From Bryobacteraceae bacterium (lineage in GTDB: Bacteria > Acidobacteriota > Terriglobia > Bryobacterales > Bryobacteraceae), in the NCBI GenBank assembly GCA_035630195.1, contig DASQLD010000221.1:9528-73527 (forward strand): DNA of 64,000 nt. Direction: 5' to 3'. Position numbers and translations under genes: made by a program. Positions within the stretch are counted from its first letter, which is position 1; each line of letters opens with the position of its first letter. Below the pieces are notes generated by a model. The model did not search any database and was not told the DNA's origin. It saw only the letters and a list, made by a program, of their open reading frames with translations. Positions 19,823 to 29,513 of the stretch are shown one piece after another.

Positions 19823-21682
19823 TTAGTCGAGCTTGAACTCCGAACGCCAATCGCTGCGATCTATGAATTGTGGCTGCTCCTGCTTATTGAGCACATAGTT
19901 ACCAACCACTAGAAAATCCATTTCCGTTCTCATAAAACACCTATATGCGTCTTCGGGAGTGCACACGATCGGCTCGCCGCGTACGTTGAAACTCGTGTTC
20001 ACGATGACCGCATAGCCTGTGATCTTTTTGAACTCATCAATCAGCGTCCAGTAGCGCGAGTTTGTCTCTCGATTCACGCTCTGGATACGCGCAGAGTAAT
20101 CGATATGCGTGATGGCGGGCAGATCGGATCGCTGGAAGTACAAACGGTCATATAATGGCCGTGCCTGGTAATCTTCGGGGAGTGGTTTCCTTCTCTCGTC
20201 GCGCACCGGCATGACAAGCAACATGTAAGGGGACGGGCGATCGATATCGAAATACTCGCCGATATCTTCTTCCAACACGGAAGGCGCAAACGGCCGAAAC
20301 CCCTCGCGGTATTTGATCTTCAGGTTCAGCTTCTTCTGCATCTCGGGATTTCGAGCGTCCCCAAGAATACTCCGGTTGCCCAAAGCGCGCGGCCCGAATT
20401 CCATACGGCCCTGGAACCAGCCCACGACATTTCCTTCAGCAAGCTTGGAGGCGACATGGGTAGCCAGGTCTTCGAATCGTGGATAAAAATCGGCCCGAGC
20501 TCCGTATCTTTGCAGCGAACGCTGGATCTGCTTGTCGTCGAACTCGGGTCCTAGATAGGAGCCGCGGATCGCGTCGTGATGCCCATTTTTCTGACGCGCT
20601 TCACCTTTCGAGATATGCCAGACCGCATAGGCCGCCCCCATTGCACCTCCAGCATCTCCGGCGGCTGGCTGGATCCACAAATCGTCAAAGATGCCCGCTC
20701 CCAAAATCTTTCCGTTTACTACACAGTTGAGCGCCACACCGCCCGCAAGAACGAGATTCCGGCTTCGCGTCAGAGTGCGTGCGGTGCAGGCAAGGCGCAA
20801 AACAATGTCCTCAGTCACCTGTTGAATAGCGAGCGCCATGTCCATATAGGGTTGCGCAATTTCGGACTCACCCTCGCGCCGCGGTAGTCCGAACAGCTTC
20901 TCCCACTTACCCTCGTCCACCATCTTCAGGCCAGTCGCATAATCGAAGTAGTCCATATTGAGCAAAATTGATCCATCTTTCCGAATATCAACCAATTGCT
21001 CCGTGATCTTCTTCTTAAATGCGGTCGTTTGCGCCGAGTTCGGATCGCCGTATGGAGCAAGGCCCATCAGCTTGTACTCGCCACTATTCACGCGAAAACC
21101 ACTGTAGTAGGTGAATGCCGAATAGAGCAGTCCGATGGAGTGCGGAAAATGCAATTCCCGAACGATCTCGATCTCGTTCCTCGATCCATGCCCAATTGCT
21201 GTTGTTGCCCATTCCCCAACGCCATCGACGGTCAAGATCGCCGCATCCTCAAAGGGCGACGGATAGAATGCGCTTGCCGCATGAGACAGGTGATGCTCAG
21301 GGTAATAAATAGGGTGCGACTTGTCGCCGAGTTTGGCCAGCTCTTCGCCGAGCATTCGGCGCATGAACAGCTTCTCTTTCACCCAGACCGGCATGGAAGT
21401 GACAAAGCTCGTTAAGCCCCTTGGAGCGAAAGAGTGGTAGGTCTCAAGAAGGCGCTCAAACTTCAGGAACGGCTTGTCATAGAAGGCGACCGCCGTCAGG
21501 TCGTTATAGTCGAGGCCCGCTTCATCGAGGACATACCGGCAAGCGTTCGTCGGAAACGAGGAATCATGTTTCTTCCGAGTGAAACGCTCTTCCTGCGCAG
21601 CGGCTACAATTTCACCGTCGCGGAGAAGTGCCGCAGCGCTGTCATGGTAGTACGCAGAGATCCCGAGAATTGCTGCTTTCAT
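19823..21682 (-). CDS. NodU/CmcH-family carbamoyltransferase
   Basis: Diagnostic N-terminus MKAAILGISAYYHDSAAALLRDGEIVAAAQEERFTRKKHD. Length 619 aa, typical of the two-domain family. Confidence 0.9.
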   Translation of the reverse strand: MKAAILGISAYYHDSAAALLRDGEIVAAAQEERFTRKKHDSSFPTNACRYVLDEAGLDYNDLTAVAFYDKPFLKFERLLETYHSFAPRGLTSFVTSMPVWVKEKLFMRRMLGEELAKLGDKSHPIYYPEHHLSHAASAFYPSPFEDAAILTVDGVGEWATTAIGHGSRNEIEIVRELHFPHSIGLLYSAFTYYSGFRVNSGEYKLMGLAPYGDPNSAQTTAFKKKITEQLVDIRKDGSILLNMDYFDYATGLKMVDEGKWEKLFGLPRREGESEIAQPYMDMALAIQQVTEDIVLRLACTARTLTRSRNLVLAGGVALNCVVNGKILGAGIFDDLWIQPAAGDAGGAMGAAYAVWHISKGEARQKNGHHDAIRGSYLGPEFDDKQIQRSLQRYGARADFYPRFEDLATHVASKLAEGNVVGWFQGRMEFGPRALGNRSILGDARNPEMQKKLNLKIKYREGFRPFAPSVLEEDIGEYFDIDRPSPYMLLVMPVRDERRKPLPEDYQARPLYDRLYFQRSDLPAITHIDYSARIQSVNRETNSRYWTLIDEFKKITGYAVIVNTSFNVRGEPIVCTPEDAYRCFMRTEMDFLVVGNYVLNKQEQPQFIDRSDWRSEFKLD

Positions 21683-21709
21683 GATGTTCGATTCCGTCTT
21701 GATGCAAGC

Positions 21710-21859
21710 TTAGAACAGTGTGTAGATGAAGGGTGCAATGGCTGTGCCACTGGAAAGGGTGATGATCGCGCCAAAACCCAAAAGAACGATAATAACTGGA
21801 AGCAGCCAGAACTTCTTTCGCTGTTTCAGAAATCCCAAAACATCTCTTATGAATTGCAT
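21710..21859 (-). CDS. DUF5989-type small membrane protein (49 aa), missed by the ORF track
   Basis: My translation of the minus strand gives MQFIRDVLGFLKQRKKFWLLPVIIVLLGFGAIITLSSGTAIAPFIYTLF followed by TAA. From memory, the RKKFWLLP...APFIYTLF pattern is the small protein that normally sits between the carbamoyltransferase and the SxtJ-family protein. Confidence 0.75.
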   Translation of the reverse strand: MQFIRDVLGFLKQRKKFWLLPVIIVLLGFGAIITLSSGTAIAPFIYTLF

Positions 21860-21877
21860 GTCACCGACTCCTGTTGA

Positions 21878-22261
21878 TCAATACGGCCGTTCAATATCGA
21901 AGGCCGTGAATTTGTGATTGCGCTCTAACATCACGGAATCTGCGGCCGTCTTGAAGGCGCGGAGCCTCAGATCATCACCCCCGAACAACCGCCGAAGAAT
22001 ACCGATCGGCGTCACAATGCCGAAAAAGATGACAGACATCAGAACCGTCGATACTGCCTTGCCCAAAAGCTCCGACAAGCCGAGCCAGACGATCGCGATA
22101 GGCTTGTAAACCGACGGAGTCGTCATATTGACCACCTGCAACACGATCGCGGACACCATGAACGAGTCACGATGGAGTGTCACACGAAGTATGAGAAGCA
22201 GTAGCACCATGGCCATGCCCGTATCGCGGCATTGTTCTTTAGTGATTTTGGTATTGAACAC
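21878..22261 (-). CDS. SxtJ-family small membrane protein
   Basis: 127 aa with 2-3 TM segments, located next to the carbamoyltransferase and the DUF5989 ORF. C-terminal GIVTPIGILRRLFGGDDLRL...ERNHKF pattern. Confidence 0.65.
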   Translation of the reverse strand: MFNTKITKEQCRDTGMAMVLLLLILRVTLHRDSFMVSAIVLQVVNMTTPSVYKPIAIVWLGLSELLGKAVSTVLMSVIFFGIVTPIGILRRLFGGDDLRLRAFKTAADSVMLERNHKFTAFDIERPY

Positions 22262-22301
22262 TGGTTCCTAATCCTCCGTGTATTTTGGCGCCTCTGCCGT
22301 T

Positions 22302-23120
22302 TCAGGTTGCCTCAACGATGTTGAGGGGAACCTGGTTACGGATCTCGCGCGTTTTTCCGGTGTTTTTGCTATTGGCTATGATTCGGCGCAAGGTCCAGCC
22401 ATCCCATAATCGGAGGAGCCGTCGTTTAAGAATTCCAGAACTGCCGCGCCAGGATCCCATCATATGGTGCACGCCAAAGTTCCCGAAGTGATGCCACGTT
22501 GCCGGATCACGAACGTCTTCAGGGAAGAGAATCGTGATGTCGGCAATGCGTCCGCTATACTCTGCAAACGTCCGGGTCACTAGACCGGGTCCCGTCGTGT
22601 TGAGTACATAGAATTGCGGCCAGAACGGTCTTGGGATTCCCTTCATCATCGGTTTGACCCAGGATTCGTCCTGCTGCGCGCGTACACAGTTATCAATCAC
22701 GGCTTTAAGAAACGGGTCCCGGGGCGCTGCACCGAAGGCATAGTTACCGATTTGCCAATCCATTTGGTATCGATCCAATAAGTAGATGATGCCGGACAGC
22801 TCTTCAAATGGAAACACACACTGAGCGCTCAGCAATGGCGTTAGCGAGCGGGCAAGAAAAATGTCCAGGTCGAGATAGAATCCGCCGAGTTGGTACACGC
22901 AAAGGTATCGGAAGAAGTCGTATCGTTGAATCCGGTACCGGAAGGAATAGTAGATCTTTTTTAAATCCGGAAAGTATTGGGCGACGAATGCTTCGATATC
23001 GGTATCGTCGAAGAACCGATACTCAAAATCTGGATTTAACAATTGTACGCCGCTGACGGCAGACTTCAGCAGCAGGGGAACCTCTGGCGGGCCGGTTTGA
23101 ATGATTCGTTTCGGGATCAC
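22302..23120 (-). CDS. GT32-type glycosyltransferase (sugar-binding region with DXD motif, OCH1-like)
   Basis: IPKRIIQTGP, YRFFDDTDIEAFV, FRYLCVYQLGGFYLDLDIF. 4-nt overlap with the upstream gene. Confidence 0.8.
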   Translation of the reverse strand: MIPKRIIQTGPPEVPLLLKSAVSGVQLLNPDFEYRFFDDTDIEAFVAQYFPDLKKIYYSFRYRIQRYDFFRYLCVYQLGGFYLDLDIFLARSLTPLLSAQCVFPFEELSGIIYLLDRYQMDWQIGNYAFGAAPRDPFLKAVIDNCVRAQQDESWVKPMMKGIPRPFWPQFYVLNTTGPGLVTRTFAEYSGRIADITILFPEDVRDPATWHHFGNFGVHHMMGSWRGSSGILKRRLLRLWDGWTLRRIIANSKNTGKTREIRNQVPLNIVEAT

Positions 23121-24532
23121 GCGGGTTGAAAGTGATGCAATGGCGAGGAAACAATCTGTGCCGGCTCAAAACCAGTGGCAGTGGATTCGGACACACCGGA
23201 TACAACTGTCTTGCGCGACATGGTCTTCCACGTCTCCGGTAAGGCCATGTTGGCAAACAGAAATCCGATCCACACCGAAGACATCATCTTGAATGAGCCT
23301 TCCGTAAAGTTGTAAACGATTGCTATGACAAAGTAGGCGAGCCGTAACATAGAAAGTTGTGGATTGAGCCGAAATCCGGCAACGATCTTCCGGTATCCAG
23401 TCACGATAATACCGGCAAGTGCCGCAAGTCCAGCCGCCCCGAGATTCAGATATACCTCGATGTACCCGTTATGAGCTTGGTTGATTCCGCCGTTAATTCG
23501 TATGATGTCGATCAACCGCTGCCCTAGCCAGAAGCTTTCATAACCGGCACCTACGATGGGATTCACCGCAAAACTTAGAACAAGCTTCCAGACGTCGGTA
23601 CGGCCAGTGAGACTTGGGTCGCGGCCGATGACCTGGAGGGCGCTTGAGCCAATGCCAAGAAACAGGACAGAGAAACAGGCGGACACAATGAACAACACCA
23701 TTGCATGAATCACGGCTCGTTTCCGGCCAACGCGGAACAACCCTATTACGGCTATAAGCCCTGTAACAAGCGCAAGCGAGGCAAGTGACGTTTTGGAATC
23801 GGCGATCCAGAGCAGCCACATCGCTATAACGGATGTAATGGTCAGTGCAATCAGACGGCGCGTGCGTGCCCGGCTCTTGGGTGCTTGGTATTCGATGATC
23901 CAGCGCCAGATCACAGCTATGCCGTACATCAGGCACATTACGCCCAGGCCGTTCTTTCCGCCTGAGACGCCCGTCCAATATTGGCTGCCATCCATACCAT
24001 ACGCTCGGCCGTATTCGGGATAGTAGCGGATGAATAAGACCGAAACGGGCAACAACACGAATGCCAGGCGCGTAAACACCCGCTTGATGGCCATAATCGG
24101 ATTCGGGTCCGTCAAAATGACGAGCACTATCACAATGTCACCTAAACCACGAAACCAGCGCTTCAGCGAAATCAACGGGAAGTCAGACCAGACAAAGCTT
24201 ACACCGCATAGAACGAAGTAGGCGATCACTGGAGCGTTCGCTCGCAAAATGCGCTGCATGCGTTTCGTGCGTTGCGCTAACGTGATCACGCCAATCGCCA
24301 TAATTAGCATGAGGACGTTTCGGTCAACCGGGCTTCCTTCCATGTATCGATCGGAGGCATCAACGGGGTTGCCGAGCTGAAGCCACTCGCTGACATTGCG
24401 CGACCCGGCAATCGCCAGCCACATCACGGCCAGCCATAGGGCGGGAGACGTGCGCATGCTACGGTCACGATCGAGTGCGAAGAGAATCATGATTAGACCG
24501 ATACAAGCGAGCGTTGCAATTTGAGCTGCCAC
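23117..24532 (-). CDS. O-antigen ligase/polymerase-like (Wzy_C domain) integral membrane protein
   Basis: About 10-12 hydrophobic segments. Periplasmic-loop signature GAGYESFWLG...NQAHNGYIEVYLNLGAAGL. Confidence 0.75.
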   Translation of the reverse strand: MAAQIATLACIGLIMILFALDRDRSMRTSPALWLAVMWLAIAGSRNVSEWLQLGNPVDASDRYMEGSPVDRNVLMLIMAIGVITLAQRTKRMQRILRANAPVIAYFVLCGVSFVWSDFPLISLKRWFRGLGDIVIVLVILTDPNPIMAIKRVFTRLAFVLLPVSVLFIRYYPEYGRAYGMDGSQYWTGVSGGKNGLGVMCLMYGIAVIWRWIIEYQAPKSRARTRRLIALTITSVIAMWLLWIADSKTSLASLALVTGLIAVIGLFRVGRKRAVIHAMVLFIVSACFSVLFLGIGSSALQVIGRDPSLTGRTDVWKLVLSFAVNPIVGAGYESFWLGQRLIDIIRINGGINQAHNGYIEVYLNLGAAGLAALAGIIVTGYRKIVAGFRLNPQLSMLRLAYFVIAIVYNFTEGSFKMMSSVWIGFLFANMALPETWKTMSRKTVVSGVSESTATGFEPAQIVSSPLHHFQPA

Positions 24533-24553
24533 TGAAATCTTCTCTCGGTCTAA

Positions 24554-25576
24554 TCAGGCGAATACGGCGGCGTACAGTTTCCGGATGAGCGGAACTCGCG
24601 CTTTTATATGATCGAGCATCACAATGGCAACAAAGGTGAGCCCAGTTGCGACACCGAGATAGAGGATCTCTGTTGCCGCACCATCTCCCGTGTGCTTGGC
24701 CATCCGATGTAATCCTTGGAAAATCGTAATCTGGACAATATAGCCTACCAGCGAATATTTACCTAGAAGGACGACGGCGTCGGCAGTTCTGTTTTTCGCG
24801 ACAGTGCCGATCAAATACATTATCGAGAGCGACAAACACACACCGACGATCTGCAGCACGTAGATCTCATTCCACAGCGTGATAGCGGCAAGATAGGCTG
24901 CATAGGCAATCGCAACGAGGGTGTGATGGCGAAGCACAGAATCGATACGGCTGATCGGCACGGTGCCAATCACGGTGCCGAGCAGCCCGGTACCAATCAA
25001 CTCCATAAATGCATTCGGTCGCCCAGTGTTTTCGAGGAGAACCGCAATACCCATTACAGCAATGGCCGCGATGTCAAACATGTACGAGGATAACCGCATC
25101 AGGAGTGAAATGCCGGCGGCCGCAACCAACAGGTACGCGATGGGGAGGAAAACGGCGAATGCCGCACGTCCATTGTCGCTGTTCTGTCCGATATACACGC
25201 CCCAATCGGTCAACTGCGGCGAAGATGTAGACGGCAGCAGTTTCATCATAAGATTCAAAACAAGAAAGATCACGAAAAGCTTCAGGCCGCGAATGAGCAG
25301 ACGCTTCGGCACACGCGTATCCGGAACCTTGCTCCCCGACAAATACACATGGGCAACTAGGAAGCCCACGATGAAGATGAAAGATGGCGTCAGAAATCGC
25401 ATGTACCGATAATAGAATCCCAGCGTTCCTACAAAGTAATTGAGCCAATGGTACAGCACCATCACCAGCACCAAGGCTCCCTTGGTGAAGTCGAGAGCTG
25501 TAACGCGAGCAGCAGTCCGCTCCACGACCCCGGTGCGGTTGATGATCGCTTTCATCTGTACTGCAGGCTGGCTCAT
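24554..25576 (-). CDS. Membrane acyltransferase (acyltransferase-3 / DUF1624-like), probable O-acetyltransferase
   Basis: RVTALDFTKGALVLVMVLYHWLNYF opening motif. About 9-10 TM segments. Confidence 0.6.
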   Translation of the reverse strand: MSQPAVQMKAIINRTGVVERTAARVTALDFTKGALVLVMVLYHWLNYFVGTLGFYYRYMRFLTPSFIFIVGFLVAHVYLSGSKVPDTRVPKRLLIRGLKLFVIFLVLNLMMKLLPSTSSPQLTDWGVYIGQNSDNGRAAFAVFLPIAYLLVAAAGISLLMRLSSYMFDIAAIAVMGIAVLLENTGRPNAFMELIGTGLLGTVIGTVPISRIDSVLRHHTLVAIAYAAYLAAITLWNEIYVLQIVGVCLSLSIMYLIGTVAKNRTADAVVLLGKYSLVGYIVQITIFQGLHRMAKHTGDGAATEILYLGVATGLTFVAIVMLDHIKARVPLIRKLYAAVFA

Positions 25577-27393
25577 TTCGAATCAATAAATAGTCGGGAG
25601 ATCAGCTCGAGCGTCAGTAGCTTGTGGATTTCAGAGGTATAGTTGCGGTTACCTCTGAGGTGGCTCCGTACCATCGCTTCGACAGTTTTGCTCTGGATAT
25701 ATGGGCGCGACAGCGCCCTCGGGTCGAGCAGCATTTCGCGGACGTAATGCGCAAGAGCATTGCGATACCAAAGTCGGTAGTGATAAAACTTATGCCGCCC
25801 GAGGAACAGTCGTTCGGGGCGAAGCGGCGAGAGCACATGATCGATGCGTGACATCCATTGCGGCATGCCGTAGTCATACGCGTACTCCGCCTTGATGGTG
25901 AACAGGATGAAATTCTGGAGCGCAGAGTTGGCAAACCCAGTGGAGTGTGCACTGACGCCACGATCCGTTGGGATTTCTGCGAGGCGCGTATCTCCCTCGC
26001 GGATCAGCCGGAACGACACATCGTTGTCGACGCAGGCTGAGGTGGGTGCGCGAAACACTGTTTTTACAAAGTTGTTATCGAGAAACGGCGACCGCAACGT
26101 TACCTGCGTCTGCTCGAGTGACAGGAGACCGTAATGATGCCAAGGCGCTTGGCGGAACACAGAAAATGACAGCGAATGTCCCTCGAGCAGGCGGCCGTAG
26201 GTTGCATTCGCAGCATTGATTGTAGGGACGACATCGGCAGAAAACAGTTCGACAGCGGGTGCCACCGGCTTAAACGCTCTCACTCGGCGTAACACTTCGC
26301 CACCATAGTTGCCCGTCATGCGCACGGGCGCGATTGCTGAAGCTCGCTCATTGACATATAGATCGGCCGAATGACTCACGTCGATACACCCGTCCGTCAG
26401 ATACACCGATCGTTCTGCGTAATGCGAAAACTGCGATAGAAACTCATGGGCGACGGGAATTACCTGGTGCGGCTGAGTGCATGCTTTGGCCACGCGCCGC
26501 GCGATGACGACGTCCTGACAATCGCGAAACATGCTTCCGAATGAGTAGCAGGGAAGAGTCGCGGGGGCCTGTTTATGCCATGCCATGATCATCCTCGTAT
26601 CGAGGCCGCCTGTGAGAGACATTCCAATCCGTTCCCGGCCGACAAAATATCGGGGTAGCACATCCGCAAACACGGCTCGGAGCTCCTGATAGTAGGTTTC
26701 TGCTTTGAGTGGCTCCTGGTGTTCCCATTCCTTCGGATCAAAGTAGGTGCGCTTACTCACGCTTAAATTCGTATCAAACACCCAGGCAGAAGCGGGCGGC
26801 AGCACATGAAGGTCTTCAAACAAAGTTCGGTTCTCAAGAACGCAGCCGCAAGTGATGAATTCGCCTAGGGCGCGCGGTTCTAAGGCCCGTAGCTTAGGAC
26901 AAACAGTGAGGATTGCTTTCGCCTCGGCCGCGAAATAGAAAGCATCGCGCGACTGGTGATAGTAGATGCGATGCATTCCATAGCGATCGTTGAACAGGAC
27001 AGTCGTATTTTCCGTCCGATCTATAAGAAGACCATGAAACCGTCCGTTGAGGCCTACCGGAAATCGTGGGTCTTCTTCAGACAGATGGACCAAGTACGAC
27101 GGCCCCGGACACACATCGTGGCCACGTTGTTTCAACTCCTCGATGGTGCCAGGAGGGGGAAAGTCTTCACCCGAAAATATCAGGCAGCGATCGCTCCTTT
27201 CGTTGTACACCGGCATGTGATCAGCAAACGAGCCTCGACGGGCGACCCAACCTACGTAAACTCCGAGCCGCTCATCGACCCAAGTTCCGGAAACGTAAAA
27301 GGACTCGTGCCGGAGCGCACCTACCATCTCCGCAAGCTTCTGCTTGGCCTGCGCGCAGGGCATCCCTGTGACAAGTCCTACAATTCCTGGCAT
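25573..27393 (-). CDS. Asparagine synthase (AsnB)-family amidotransferase homolog lacking the N-terminal catalytic cysteine
   Basis: The N-terminus is MPGIVGLV (ATG CCA GGA) where AsnB-type enzymes have MCGI. Ntn-like domain (GRFHGLLIDR..., LFNDRYGMHRIYY). PP-loop variant SLTGGLDTRMI. Confidence 0.8.
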   Translation of the reverse strand: MPGIVGLVTGMPCAQAKQKLAEMVGALRHESFYVSGTWVDERLGVYVGWVARRGSFADHMPVYNERSDRCLIFSGEDFPPPGTIEELKQRGHDVCPGPSYLVHLSEEDPRFPVGLNGRFHGLLIDRTENTTVLFNDRYGMHRIYYHQSRDAFYFAAEAKAILTVCPKLRALEPRALGEFITCGCVLENRTLFEDLHVLPPASAWVFDTNLSVSKRTYFDPKEWEHQEPLKAETYYQELRAVFADVLPRYFVGRERIGMSLTGGLDTRMIMAWHKQAPATLPCYSFGSMFRDCQDVVIARRVAKACTQPHQVIPVAHEFLSQFSHYAERSVYLTDGCIDVSHSADLYVNERASAIAPVRMTGNYGGEVLRRVRAFKPVAPAVELFSADVVPTINAANATYGRLLEGHSLSFSVFRQAPWHHYGLLSLEQTQVTLRSPFLDNNFVKTVFRAPTSACVDNDVSFRLIREGDTRLAEIPTDRGVSAHSTGFANSALQNFILFTIKAEYAYDYGMPQWMSRIDHVLSPLRPERLFLGRHKFYHYRLWYRNALAHYVREMLLDPRALSRPYIQSKTVEAMVRSHLRGNRNYTSEIHKLLTLELISRLFIDSK

Positions 27394-27404
27394 TTATATC
27401 GCTA

Positions 27405-28313
27405 CTACGTGGACTGCTTGGCGGGTTGAAATCTGCGGCTGTACCATAAGTTCCGAAGTTCGCGGAGTCTTCTCACAATTGACTCCGGAAGGCAATCCAC
27501 CAGCCGATGATGCAGCTGGAAGCGTAATGCAAGCTGACCAAACGGGCTCAGCGCGACGTAGTATCGCGGTGTGTCCATCTTCTGGAACCCGTTTACCTGT
27601 TTGAACTTCATGATGCCGTCCCACTGCTTGTGTCCGTACGTGAAGCTCTGGTAGACAAGGTATGAAATACCGCGGTCGGCACAGGTGCGTACAGAGTGTG
27701 CAATGAGGGCATTAGTCGGCGCTTTGTCCCGATGCTCAATCAACGAGAGGATGTTCATGAGGTTTGCTTGAGTTCGTGTCTCGTCGTGAACGAGCTTGAC
27801 AAACCCTATTAATTTGGTATCTAGGAAGGCACCGATGAAGACGGCGCTGTGAAGGAACGTGCCCTCCTCGGCATACACCGTTTCGAAATCTTTTCCGTAG
27901 TGGGGGAAACGCCGACCCTGCCGAACGGGCGTCTCGTTGTAGATTTCCCATATGCCCCGCACGAGATTTTTGTCGAACGGGACCTCGCGAATTACAACCC
28001 CTCTTTTCTCAGCCTGACGTGCCCGGTTGCGACCTTCCGAGGTGATTTGATTTTTCCACCAATTGTCATACGTCGACACCGGAACGGCCGCCATGTTACT
28101 CCATTCAATAGGATATGAGAACTTCGGCTCGGTGTGCGACAGCTTCTGCATGAACGTAAATAGGTCGACTCGGCTGCCGGACTTGCGCAGCCCGGAAATC
28201 ACGGGTTCCGGATCGTCCATGTACTCGTATCCGTCACCCTCGAGTTGAGCGATTCGCAAAAGCCGACCGGTGATGCGAATATCCCTGTCCTGGACGATGA
28301 TCATCTGTTTCAT
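27405..28313 (-). CDS. GNAT-fold / FemAB-related acyltransferase-like protein
   Basis: LIGFVKLVHDETRTQANLMNILSLIEHRDKAPTNALIAHSVRTCADRGISYLVYQSF resembles an acetyltransferase core. Adjacent to a clear FemAB-family gene. Confidence 0.5.
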   Translation of the reverse strand: MKQMIIVQDRDIRITGRLLRIAQLEGDGYEYMDDPEPVISGLRKSGSRVDLFTFMQKLSHTEPKFSYPIEWSNMAAVPVSTYDNWWKNQITSEGRNRARQAEKRGVVIREVPFDKNLVRGIWEIYNETPVRQGRRFPHYGKDFETVYAEEGTFLHSAVFIGAFLDTKLIGFVKLVHDETRTQANLMNILSLIEHRDKAPTNALIAHSVRTCADRGISYLVYQSFTYGHKQWDGIMKFKQVNGFQKMDTPRYYVALSPFGQLALRFQLHHRLVDCLPESIVRRLRELRNLWYSRRFQPAKQST

Positions 28314-28329
28314 TAGAACTATGTGTGTC

Positions 28330-29490
28330 TCACTTTTGGGTCCGCTGTTTTCGCGTGTAAGGCATGCTGAGGACGCTCATCCGCCGGAGTACGCCACGTT
28401 TGGCCTTCATCGTGTTCCATCCTTCAACACATAACCGACTCAGAAAACTCTCGTGTGCGTCGAAAGTACCAGGGAAGTAAACATGCGTGCCGTTGTCGGC
28501 AGCCATATCGTTCTTGAATTTGTAGGTTCCCGGATTGGTTTCGGGATTGATGCCGTTCAGATCGTACACGGAGATGCCGTCGCGCTTGAGCTGCTCGACG
28601 ATCTTCCATTGCAGGATGTACGACCCGCGGCTCTTCATTCCTGCATTGCTGGTGGCGCCGAACAGATAGAGCGCGGTGTCACCGATCGCGCTTGCAATCA
28701 CGCCCGACGAGATGTTGCCGGCGGATTTCGCAAGCAGCAGCTTCATTTTGAAGCGCTCGGGCAGAAGCGTCTGAATTGTTCTGAACTCGTTAATGTCGTT
28801 CGGCTCGACGAAGCGTTTGCGCGCGACCATTTCACGGTAGATCGTAATGAATTGATCAAACAGATCGGCACCAGTGCCCGGCACGATTTCGATCTGATTG
28901 TTCTCGCCGACTTTAAGCTCGCGCTTCCAGTGGGCTTTCATGCCATTGCGTAACTCCTCAATGGATGGACGGAGGTCCATCAGGATCGTGCGGCTTCCAT
29001 TCGTTCGGCTCGATTCGAAACCTTCGTTAGCCAGAATCTCGGCGAACGGGCAGGCTGCATTTCTGACGATCTTCAGCGACACACGGAGGGATAGACCCCG
29101 CTTGCGGACGTATTCGTTGCGAAGGGCGCGAATGACCTGTTGGAAGACCTCCGGATTCGCAGGACGACCGCTACGACGCCATAACGGGCCCCAGAGTACG
29201 TAAGCGATCCCGAAATTGAGGACCGGAACGCGAGCGAGGCGCGCCTGCGCAATACCGACAATCTCACCATCCTTGCGGACGACCACATGGCTGACGTTTC
29301 GCTTGCCAGCCAGGACAGTGCCGTATGCCCAGGTCTGGTAGATGTTGGCGTCGTCAAACAGATCGAGCGCGTCATACCATGCCTGTTCGTCAATGCGGTC
29401 GACCTCTCCGGTGTATCCCTGCGCCAAAGTGCTTGCGCCATTGGTTGTACTCATCGCAGTTGCCGTTGCCGAGGTGTAAGCATTTAGCAT
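28330..29490 (-). CDS. FemAB-family (aminoacyl-tRNA-dependent peptidyl/aminoacyl transferase-like) protein
   Basis: HWKRELKVGENN, ALYLFGATSNAGMKSRGSYILQWKIVEQLKRDGISVYDLNGI match the FemAB pattern Y.YG.S...Y.LQW..I......G...YD..GI. Confidence 0.7.
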   Translation of the reverse strand: MLNAYTSATATAMSTTNGASTLAQGYTGEVDRIDEQAWYDALDLFDDANIYQTWAYGTVLAGKRNVSHVVVRKDGEIVGIAQARLARVPVLNFGIAYVLWGPLWRRSGRPANPEVFQQVIRALRNEYVRKRGLSLRVSLKIVRNAACPFAEILANEGFESSRTNGSRTILMDLRPSIEELRNGMKAHWKRELKVGENNQIEIVPGTGADLFDQFITIYREMVARKRFVEPNDINEFRTIQTLLPERFKMKLLLAKSAGNISSGVIASAIGDTALYLFGATSNAGMKSRGSYILQWKIVEQLKRDGISVYDLNGINPETNPGTYKFKNDMAADNGTHVYFPGTFDAHESFLSRLCVEGWNTMKAKRGVLRRMSVLSMPYTRKQRTQK

Positions 29491-29513
29491 GTTTATAGAA
29501 AACAGAAAGGTGG

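Noticed and set aside
23117-24532. The polytopic membrane protein as a possible exosortase
   Set aside because: It carries the O-antigen-ligase/Wzy-type loop (NQAHNGYIEVYLNLG). It lacks the pattern I would expect for exosortases. It is better explained as the polymerase or ligase.
25074-25586. 170-aa minus-strand ORF overlapping the AT3-like acyltransferase gene
   Set aside because: It is an alternative frame of a well-supported membrane-protein gene, with an Arg/Cys/His-rich composition. It is a shadow ORF.
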